Source: Mobula hypostoma (taxonomy: Eukaryota). From it: 64,000 bases of DNA. The notes beneath the pieces are model-generated. The model searched no databases, was not told where the DNA came from, and saw only the letters and a program-made list of their open reading frames with translations. Of this stretch, positions 47,955-58,464 are shown one piece after another. The translations under genes were made by a program, and so were the position numbers. The first letter of the stretch is position 1. The number at the start of each line of letters is the position of its first letter. The stretch covers positions 60,576,001 through 60,640,000 of the forward strand of contig NC_086097.1 in assembly GCF_963921235.1 (NCBI RefSeq). The letters are read 5' to 3'.

Positions 47955-50778
47955 ATAGAACGTAGAACATAGAATAGTACAGCACAGCACAGGCCCTTCA
48001 GCCCACAATGTTGTGCCGACCCTCAAACCCTGCCTCCCATATAACCCCCCACCTTAAATTCCTCCATATACCTGTCTAGTAGTCTCTTAAACTTCACGAG
48101 CGTATCTGCTTCCACTACTGACTCAGGCAGTGCATTCCACACACCAACCACTCTCTGAGTAAAAAACCTTCTTCTAATATCCCCCTTGAACTTCCCACCC
48201 CTTACCTTAAAGTCATGTCCTCTTGTATTCAGTAGTGGTGCCCTCGGAAAGAGGCGCTGGCTATCCACTCTATCTATTCCTCTTAATATCTTGTACACCT
48301 CTGTCATGTCTCCTCTCATCTTCCTTCTCTACAAAGAGTAAAGCCCCAGCTCCCTTAATCTCTGATCATAATGCATACTCTCTAAACCAGGCAGCATCCT
48401 GGTAAATCTCCACTGTACCCTTTCCAATGCTTCCACATCCTTCCTATAGTGAGGCAACCAGAATTGGACACAGTACTCCAAGTGTGGCCTAATCAGACTT
48501 TTACAGAGCTGCATCATTACCTTGCGACTCTTAAACTCTATCCCTCGACTTATGAAAGCTAACACCCCATAAGCTTTCTTAACTACCCCATCTATCTGTG
48601 AGGCAACTTTCAGGGATCTGTGGACATGTTTACCCCCAGATCCCTCTGTTCCTCCACACTACCCAGTATCCTGCCATTTACTTTGTACTCTGCCTTGGAG
48701 TTCGTCCTTCCAAAGTGTACCACCTCACACTTCTCTGGGTTGAACGCCATCTGCCACTTCTCAGCCCACTTCTGCAACCTATCAATATCTCTCTGCAATC
48801 TTCGACAATCCTCTACACTATCTACAGCACCACTAACCTTTGTGTCGTCTGCAAACTTAACAACCCACCCTTCTACCCCCACATCCAGTTCGTTAATAAA
48901 AATCATGAAAAGTAGAGATCCCAGAACAGATCCTTGTGGGACACCACTCGTCACAACCCTCCAATCTGAATGTACTCTCTCCACCATGACCTTCTGCCTT
49001 TTGCAGGCAAGCCAATTCTGAATCCACATGGCCAAACTTCCCTGGATCCCATGCATTCTGACTTTCTGAATAAGCCTACCGTGTGGAACCTTGTCAAATG
49101 ACTTACTAAAATCCATGAAGATCACATGCACTGCACTACCCTCATCCATATGCCTGGTCACCTCCTCAAACAACTCTATCAGGCTTGTTAGACACGATCT
49201 GCCCATGACAAAGCCATGCTGACTGTCCCTGATCATACCATGATTCTCTAAATGCCCATAGATCCTATCTCTAAGAATCTTTTCCAACAGCTTTCCCACC
49301 ACAGACATAAGGCTCACTGGTCTATAATTACCCGCACTATCCCTACTACCTTTTTTGAACAAGGGGACAACATTCGCCTCCCTCCAATCCTCCAGTACCA
49401 TTCCCGTGGACAACGAGGACATAAAGATCCTAGCCAGAGGGTCGGCAAGCTCTTCCCTCGCATTGTGGAGCAGCCTGGGGAATATTCTATCAGGCCCCGG
49501 GGACTTATTCATTCTAATATATTTTAATAACTCCACCAACACCTCCTCTCCCTTAATATCAACATGCTCCAGAACACTAACCTCACTCATATTGTCCTCA
49601 CCGTCATCAAGTTCCCTCTCACTGGTGAATACCGAAGAGAAGTACTCATTGAGGACCTCGCTCACTTCCACAGCCTCCAAGCACATCTTCCCACCTTTAT
49701 CTCTAATCAGTCCTACCTTCACTCCTGTCATCCTTTTGTTCTTCACATAATTGAAGAATGCCTTGGGGTTTTCCTTTACTCTACTCACCAAGACCTTCTC
49801 ATGCCCCCTTCTTGGTCTTCTCAGCCCCTTCTTAAGCTCCTTTCTTGCTACCCCCTATTGCTCAATAGACCCATCTGATCCTTGCTTCTTAAACCTCATG
49901 TATGCTGCCTTCTTCCACCTGACTAGAGTTTCCACCTCAATTGTCACCCATGGTCCCTTCACCCTACCATTCTTTATCTTCCTCACCGGGACAAATTTAT
50001 CCCTAACATCCTGCAAGAGATTCCTAAACATCGACCACATGTCCATAGTACATTTCCCTGCAAAAACATCATCCCAATTCACACCCACAAATTCTTGCCT
50101 TATAGCCTCATAATTTACCCTTCCCCAATTAAAAATTTTCCTGTCCTCTCTGATTCTATCCTTTTCCATGATTATGCTAAAGGCCAGGGAATGGTAGTCA
50201 CTATCCCCCAGATGCTCACCCACTGCGAGATCTGTGACCTGACCTGGTTCGTTACCAAATACTAAATCTAGTATGACATTCCCTCTAGTCAGCCTGTCAA
50301 CGTACTGTGACAGGAATCCCTGCTGGACACACTTAACAAACTCTGCCCCATCTAAACCCTTGGAACTAACCAGGTGCCAATCAATATTAGGGAAGTTAAA
50401 GTCAACCATGATAACAACCTTGTTATTTTTGCACCTTTCCAAAAGCTGACTTCCAATCTGCTCCTCAGTATCTCTGCTACTACCAGGGGACCTATAGAAT
50501 ACCCCCAGTAGAGTAACTGCTCCCTTCCTGTTCCTGACTTCCACACATACTGACTCAAAGGAGGATCCTGCTACATTACCCACCCTTTCTGTAGCTGTAA
50601 TAGTATCCCTGACCAGTAATGCCAGCCCCCTCCCCTTTCTCCCCTCTCTCTATCCCTTTTAAAGCACTGAAATCCAGGAATATTGACAATCCATTCCTGC
50701 CCTGGTGCCAGCCAAGTCTCTGTAATGGCCACTACATCATAATTCCATGTATGTATCCAAGCTCTCAGTTCATCACCT
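47955..50778 (-). mobile_element. CR1 LINE ORF2 (EN+RT), 5'-truncated, frameshifted
   Basis: ORFs 49855-50583, 48610-49791 (FADDTK), 48329-48565 and 48023-48319; (TTCTATG)n tail. Confidence 0.95.
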
Positions 50779-51332
50779 TATAGTTAATCTTATGTTTATT
50801 AATATTCACTCTTAGTTTTCAGTGATTTTGAATCATTCTGAATCTTCCAATATGTCACAAAAACTTTGACACTGAGTAATAACATTAAGGCATTGTATCC
50901 AACTACCAAGATGTATTGCATCAACTTCCTTGAGGTACTGAAGTATTGTTGGTAAATCAAACACTGCAGCTTAAGGACTTTTATATTTGAAAACGCCAAA
51001 TTGTTGAAGGTTACACCATCTGTAACTGAATGGGAGGATGTTGTTTTTTATATGCAGAAGCCATGGTACCAGGTTTAAAGATATTCGCAGGTACTTGGAA
51101 GAAGATAGATTGTTTCTCTTATCTCCTGTTGACCATAGGCAAACAGGGATTGTAATCTACACCTGGTCCCTTCCTGGTTTTAGTTAACTCCTGTGCTCCA
51201 ACAGCAGTGTGAATAAATCTCTAATGAATACTTGTATTGAAACATGTGTAGCTTCAGAAGGTACAACGGTTCCAGTCAACTTATTCTGAATATTTGGATG
51301 AGACCTAGTTTTGGGGCATCCTTGAGACCCTA

Positions 51333-52075
51333 GTTCAAATGGATCCATTTATTATCAGAAAGTATTCATGGTATCCAAACTGCAAGTACATGCCCTCGCA
51401 GACGTCCATGAAAAACAGAAGAACCCCCCAAAAGAACAAACAACAGAAAATGTTAGAACCCCCAAAGCCCCCTCTCCCCTTCCCAGTGTAAGCAGCAGCA
51501 AGCATCAATGCATCAACCTCCCCGTCCCCCACAGCCCACTTCAGCAAAAAGCACGTGTCCATCACCCACCAAGTGACAGTGAAGCACCCAAAGGGAGACC
51601 ATGATCTGCAGTCAACAAAAACTATTTTAGTTGACTGAAAACTGAAAACAGTTTACGAACAAGGCACATAGAGATATAATTCATTTTCAAAGCAAAGGAG
51701 GAGACTGGCAAACGCAGTTATGATTTAACAGAGTGCCGCCTTGCTTTTCCAAACATCCGCCGCAGTGAAATCCTGATAATCCGTTTCCCATGGTGCCTCA
51801 GTTGGCAACATCAGTCTAGAATCGGTCAACCACAAATCCCTCAGGACTGCACACCAGAGAGTATCAGAAAACAGTTGGCAAACAAGCTCCAGGATGGGTA
51901 ACTGATCCATCTTTAAAAAAAAATGCATTTTGAATGTCACTTGCAGATTGGGACTGCAACAGAACCCCAACCACCTTGAAAAGGAAATGAAGAGACATTA
52001 AAGTGAGGAATTAAGCTGTTTTTCGCAGATGAGTTTGAAGAGGCAGCCACTTGATGCCATCTTAATTCTGTCCAG
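51333..52075 (-). mobile_element. ORF-less non-autonomous retroposon, copy D
   Basis: Shares termini with copies A-C; the minus-strand 5' region contains AAGATGGC (~52063-52056). Confidence 0.7.
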
Positions 52076-52197
52076 TTAGAGTATGCACTAGTTAAACAGA
52101 AACACGAGGAAATCTGCAGATGCTGGAATTTCAAGCAACACACATCAAAGTTGCTGTTGAATGCAGCAGGCCAGGCAGCATCTCTAGGAAGAGGTAC

Positions 52198-52233
52198 AGT
52201 CGACGTTTCAGGCCAAGACCCTTCATCAGGACT
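52198..52233 (-). ncRNA. Minimal hammerhead ribozyme motif
   Basis: AGUC CUGAUGA AGGGUCUUGGCCU GAAA CGUC GACU; core and stems intact. Confidence 0.75.
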
Positions 52234-52313
52234 AACTGAAAGAAGAGCTAGTAGGAGCTTTTTTACTGAAAGAAGAGCTAGTAAGAGCTTTTTTACTAGC
52301 TCTTCTTTCAGTT

Positions 52314-52349
52314 AGTCCTGACGAAGGGTCTCGGCTCGAAACGTCGACT
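52314..52349 (+). ncRNA. Minimal hammerhead ribozyme motif
   Basis: AGUC CUGACGA AGGGUCUCGGCUC GAAA CGUC GACU. Confidence 0.75.
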
Positions 52350-52691
52350 GTACCTCTTCCTAGAGATGCTGCTTGGCCTGCTGCGTACACCAGCAACTTT
52401 TATGTGTGTTACTAGTTAAACAGATTTTATTTCTTCTAATATTTTCCCACACGGCTAATTGTAAATAATGGATAGATGGAGGATATAAAAATGTAAATAA
52501 AAGCACAGCCTCATTTTCTTCAGATAATTAAATTTTAATAGAATTATTTCTCTAACTTGGCCGTCCTACATATAAATATATTCTACTGGAGACACATGTT
52601 GACATAAATTAAGGGCAATGAATGATTGCAAAATATAAACTCTGCATAGTTATTCAGTTTAAAATTGTGTTATAAAATGTAAATTGTGAAA

Positions 52692-53400
52692 TTCAAGTGA
52701 TTCAAAGTATGTTTATTATCAAAGTATGTATGTAGTACACAACTCCAAGATTTGTCTTCCCCAGAGACAGCCACAAAACAAAAAACTATAGAACCCGTTC
52801 AAAGAAAAAAAACTTCCCCTCCAGATATAAAAAAACCAAATTGTGCAAACGACAACAAAAAAAAAGTGAAAACACAGGATATAAAACGCATAATCAAAAG
52901 ACATATTTCAGTTCAGCTCAGTATTCAGTATCTGCAGGCCACCACGATTCAAAATCGACCAAACTAGCAACAAAAAAAGTGAATAGAAACTGGAACACAT
53001 CATAAATATGAATTAGAGTCCACAATCTACAATCGATTAAACCTTGCTCTGGCACTATCCCCCGACAGCATCAAAGGGAGAGAGATCACTGAACACAGAT
53101 GCCTTCCTTCAAAAGCAGTGAGCGTAAGGGAGCGAGAGACTGTCACACGCAGACACCCTCCTCTGGCAGCAGAGAGTGCTGAATGGTTGCTTACCTTCTG
53201 CACTCGCGTTGATGATTTCGGTCATCTTCAGCTCTATAATCAGTGAAAAATAGAGTCGATCGAGGACTTTATTCCAAGCCTCATGATACCCTCTCAGAGA
53301 CAGCCAAGCACTAGTTCACCTAATTGGCCCTATCAGAATGTAGATAACAGGCTCTAACAGTAGCAGAACCAACATGAGGTAAAAGTGACGATGTAAAAAC
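52692..53400 (-). mobile_element. ORF-less retroposon with Rex1-like 3' tail (related subfamily, copy E)
   Basis: TTCAAAGTATGTTTATTATCAAAGTATGTA..ACAACTCCAAGATT matches the Rex1-like 3' end at 36615. Confidence 0.55.
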
Positions 53401-53409
53401 ATCTCCCAA

Positions 53410-54150
53410 ATCATCTAAAACTTTTATGTTATAATACCTACTGAAATTTCAAACTCCTCTTCACACAACCTCCCATTGTCGCAGAACACATCTTCCACAG
53501 TTCAGAAAGCTCATCAAAGAATCTGCTTTCTAAGGTGGCTGAAGAGAGCTGGTCGATATACACTAATTCTCGCAACTTTCTACAGATGAGTAGTCAAAAA
53601 CATCCTAACATGCTGCGCCACAATGTGATACAGAAATTATAGTGCGGCAGACAGGAAGGCTCTATGATATGTAGTTAAAACAGCCCAAACACCTTCACCA
53701 GCTTACCTGCCATCAAGGACAAGGTGCCAGAAAAAGGCCAATAATATCATGAAGGATCCCATCCCTGCTTGCTTCTGGACTGTTTGTCCCACTCTCATCA
53801 GGGAAAAGGTTACGCAACATCCACACCAGAACTATGAAAATCAAAAATAGTTATTTCCCCTAACCCATCTGGGTGATCAACAGCTCCATCCATTAATCCA
53901 CATCACCACCACAAACACATCAATCACAACACCTTATGTACATACGGTTAGTCTCTGTATATAACAGTTACTTGTGCATTGTGTTTTATAGGATTGTTTT
54001 TATATTTATATTCATTGTGCATTTTTGTTTTTTCTGAATTGTGTTGTTAAGCTTCAGCTCTGGACTGACAATCATTTTGTTCTCCTTTGCACTCAAATAC
54101 TGAAGAATAAAAATTTAAAAAAATTTTGAACATTGAATATTGAATATTGA
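53410..54150 (+). mobile_element. Decayed Rex1-like 3' fragment
   Basis: Degenerate RT C-terminus (ATCATGAAGGATCCC..CCCACTCTCATCAGGG), then a 3' UTR with AATAAA. Confidence 0.7.
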
Positions 54151-54497
54151 AACGATGATTAAATGACCAGAAAGAATAATTGAACTTACATGTAGATGAG
54201 AAGCATTTTTTATTTGCAGTTTCACAATATTTTTGCTTGATGTAAAGAGACAATGAATTGAAAGGACTTTGTCTAAGATGTTATCATTGTTGTTGGTAAA
54301 ATCTCAGATAGTGATAGAAAAGCACACAGGAGTGAGCTCAATCAGCAGATTGAGTGGTGTCACAAGAACAACCTTGCATTCTGCGTCAGCATGACGAGGA
54401 ATTGATTGTGGACTTGAGGAAGTGGAAGTTGGGAGGATGCACACCAGTCCTCATTGAAGGGTCACCTGTGGAAAGGATGAGCAGTTTTAATTTGCTG

Positions 54498-54852
54498 TGT
54501 TATGTACTCCTGGGTTTCCTTTTTGCTGTGGACTGTCATTTTAAGGCACAAGAAAGAATTGAGACTAACTTTTGGATCTCTCTCCATCACTACTCAACTA
54601 AATACCACAAACTGAACTGAACTTTTCTCATCATCGTAAGACTATCTATTTACCCCTAGACGCAAAGAAGCTTGGTTTTCATATATTTCCACACTTATAT
54701 ATATATAATTATTGCTAACCTGTTTGATATATCTGCATTTATATTACTGTATTGCGCACTTACTAATAAATACCATTAGTTAATAGCAATACTGGACTCC
54801 AAAGTGCTTTACATTTCTGCTGGTTCTTTAACCTGTCACGGGGTATGTGACA
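54498..54852 (+). mobile_element. Solo LTR (Gypsy-type) with 4-bp TSD
   Basis: TGTTA...TGACA termini, GCTG on both sides, and AATAAA at ~54764. Confidence 0.85.
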
Positions 54853-54884
54853 GCTGGATGTTAACATCATGGAGGGTTTGTCCT

Positions 54885-57800
54885 GGATGAGTATGCTGCA
54901 GTTGTTACCGACTTCATTCAAACCTGTGTGGATGAGTGTGTGCCCACAAGGACTTACTGTACATTCCCAAACCAAAAGCCGTGAATGAACCAGGAGGTAC
55001 GTCATCTGCTGAAGACTGGATCTGTGGCATTCAAGTCTGGCGACCCAGACCTGTACCAGAAAATCAGATATGATTTGTGAAGGGCTATTTCAAGGGCGAA
55101 GAGACAATTTTGAATGAAGTTGGAGGCGATATCAGATGCACGACAACTCTGGCAGGGTCAGCAAGACATTACTTCCTACAAACAAAACCCAATAGCATGA
55201 ATGACAGCGATGCTTCACTACAAGATGAACTCAATGCCTTCTGTGCATGGTTTGAAAGGGAGAACCCAACTACAGCTGTGGAGATCCCTGCTGTACCTGA
55301 TGACCCTGTGATCTCCGTATCAGAGGCCAATGTTAGACTATCTTTAAAGAGAGTAAATCACAAGGTGGAAGGTCCCAATGGAGTACCTGGTAAGGCACTG
55401 AAAACCTGTGCCAACAAACTAGTGGGAATATTCAAGGACACTTTCAAACTCTCACTGCTATGGGTGGAAATTCCCACTTGCTTTAAAAAGGCAACAATTA
55501 TATCAGTGCCTAAGAAGAATAATGTGAGCTGCCTTAATGACTATCACTCGGTAGCACTCACATCGACAGTGATGAAATGCTTTGAGAGGTTGGTCATAAC
55601 TAGACTGAACTCTGCCTCAGCAAGGACCTGGACCTATTGCAATTTGCCTATCGCCACAATAGGTCAATGGCAGACGTAATCTCAATGGCTCTCCACACGG
55701 CTTTGGAGCACCTGGACAACACAAACACCTATGCCAGGATGCTGTTCATCGGCTATAGCTCAGCAATTAATACCATCATTCCCACAATCCTGATTGAGAA
55801 TTTGCAGAACCTGGGCCTCTGTACTTCCCTCTGTAATTGGATCCTCGACTTCCTAACTGGAAGACCACAATCTGTGCAGATTCATAACAGCATATCTTCC
55901 TCGCTAACGATCAACACTGGAGCACCTCAGGGTTGTGTGCTTAGCCCACTACTCTACTCTCTGTATACACATGAATGTGTGGCTAGGCATAGCTCAAATA
56001 CCAACTATAAATTTACTGACGATACAACCATTTATGCTAGAATCTCAGGTGGTGACAAGAGGGCGTAAAGGAGTGAGATATGCCAACTAATGGAGTGATA
56101 CCACAGCAACAATCTAGCACTCAACATCAGTAAGACGGAAGAGCTGACTGTGAATTTCAGGAAGGGTAAGACAAAGGAACACATACTAATCCTCATAGAG
56201 AGATCAGAAGTGGAGTGAGTGAGCAGCTTCAAATTCCTGGGTGTCAAGATCTCTGAGGATCTAACCTGGTCCCAACATATCGATGTAGTCATAAAGAAGG
56301 CAAGACAGCAGCTATACTTTATTAGGAGTTTGAAGAGATTTGATATATCAACAAATACATTCAAAAACTTCTATAATTGTACAGTGGAGAGCATTCTGAC
56401 AGGCTGCATCACTGTCTGGTATGGAGAGGCTACTGCACAGGACCGAAAGAAGCTGCAGAAGATTGTAAATCTAGTCAGCTCCATCTTGGGTACTAGCCTA
56501 CAAAGTACCCAGGACATCTTTAGGGAGCAGTGACTCAGAAAGGCAGCGTCCATTATTAAGGACCTCCAGCACCCAGGGCATGCTCTTTTCTCACTGTTAC
56601 CATCAGGTAGGAGGTACAGAAGCCTGAAGGCACACACCCAGAGATTCCGGAACAGCTTCTTCCCCTCTGCCATCCGATTCCAAAATGGACATTGAATCCT
56701 TGGACACTAGCTCACTTTTTTTTTAAATATACAGTTGTTCCTATGTGCTTCAAGGCTGCCACCATCGTCCCCGTGCTGAAGAAGTCTTCAGTATCCTGCC
56801 TCAACGACTACCGGCCCGTTGCACTCACACCCATCATCATGAAATGTTTTGAGAGGCTCGTCATGAGGCACACCAAGACCCTGCTGCCCCCCTCACTGGA
56901 CCCCCTGCAGCTTGTGTACCGTTCCAACCGTTCAACAGACGACGCCGTTGCCATCACGCTCCACCTGGGCAAAAAAGACACGTACGTTCGAACGCTGTTC
57001 ATAGACTTCAGTTCAGCATTCAACACAATCATTCCTCAGAAATTGATTGGAAAGCTGAGCCTACTGGGCCTGAACACCTCCCTCTGCCACTGGATCCTAG
57101 ACTTCCTGACTGGGAGACCTCAGTCAGTCCGGATTGGAAGCAACATCTCCAACACCATCATACTGAGCACGGGACCCCCCAGGGCTGTGTGCTCAGTCCA
57201 CTGCTGTTCACTTTGCTGATCCACGACTGTGCTGCAACACACAGCTCGACCACATCATCAAGTTCGCCGATGACACGACCGTGGTGGGTCTCATCAGCAA
57301 GAACGATGAGTCAGCATACAGAGAGGAGGTGCAGCGGTTAATGGACTGGTGCAGAGCCAACAACCTGTATTTGAATGTGAACAAAACAAAAGAGATGGTT
57401 GTTGACTTCAGGAGTTTATGGAGCGACCACTCTTCGCTAAACATCGATGACTCTACCGTAGAGATCGTTAAGAGCACCAAATTTCTTGGTGTTCACCTGG
57501 TGGAGAATCTCACCTGGTCCCTCAACACCAGCTCCATAGCAAAGAAAGCACAGCAGAGCCTCTACTTTCTGCGAAGGCTGAGAAAAGTCCATTTTCCACA
57601 CCTCATCCTCACCACATTCTACAGAGGTTGTATTGAGAACATCCTAAGCAGCTGCATCACGACCTGGTTCAGAAATTGCACTGTCTCGGATTGCAAGACC
57701 CTGCAGCGGATAGTGAGGTCAGCTGAGAAGATCATCGGAGTCTCTCTTCCCACCATTACAGACATTTATACCACAAGCTGCATCCGTAAAGCAAACAACA

Positions 57801-58405
57801 TTATGAAGGACCCCACGCACCCCTCATACAAACTCTTCTCTTTCCTGCCATGTGGCAAAAGGCACCGAAGCATTTGGGCTCTCAAGACCAGACTATGTAA
57901 CAGTTTCTTCCCTCAAGCCATCAGACTCCTCAATACCCAGAGACTTGACTGACACCAACCTACTGCCCTCTACTGTGCCTACTGTCTTGATTATTATTTA
58001 TTGTAATGCCTGCACTGTTTTGTGCCCTTTATGCAGTCCTGGGTAGGTCTGTAGTCTAGTGTAGTTTTTGTATTGTTTTTCGTAGTTCAGTGTACTTTTT
58101 GTATTGTTTCATGTAGCACCATGGTCCTGAAAAACATCGTCTCATTTTTACTGTGTACTGTACCAGCAGTTATGGTCAAAATGACAATAAAAAGTGACTT
58201 GACTTGACTTGATACAGTATTTCTGTTCTTGCACAATTTTTAAATCTACGTAATATATGTAATTGATGTACTTGTTTATTTATTATTTTTATTTTATTTA
58301 TAATTTTTTTTCTCTGCTAGATTATGTATTGCATCGAACTGCTGCTGCTAAGTTAACAAATTTCATGTCACCTGCCGGTGATAATGAATCTGATTCTGAT
58401 TCTGA
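54885..58405 (+). mobile_element. Rex1/Babar-like LINE (RT), with its 3' UTR interrupted by another Rex1
   Basis: ORFs 55077-55679, 55637-56068 ([25 protein letters not shown]) and 56219-56533. The 3' UTR resumes at 58219 and ends (TCTGAT)n. Confidence 0.9.
56736..58211 (+). mobile_element. Rex1/Babar-like LINE, 5'-truncated
   Basis: ORFs 56692-57219 and 57281-57952 with KFADDTT, a (GACTT)n tail, and TSD ATACAGT at 56729-56735 and 58212-58218. Confidence 0.92.
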
Positions 58406-58464
58406 TTGATGTAACCATCAAGAAGGCATGCCAGTAGCTCCACTTCATTAGGATTTTGAGGAAA

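Larger units (their letters stand above)
52101..52410. mobile_element. Inverted pLTR pair (Penelope-type) with two divergent hammerheads and 14-bp TSD
   Basis: TSD ACTAGTTAAACAGA at 52087-52100 and 52411-52424. The arms are reverse complements, with a 30-bp tandem duplication in the spacer. Confidence 0.9.
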
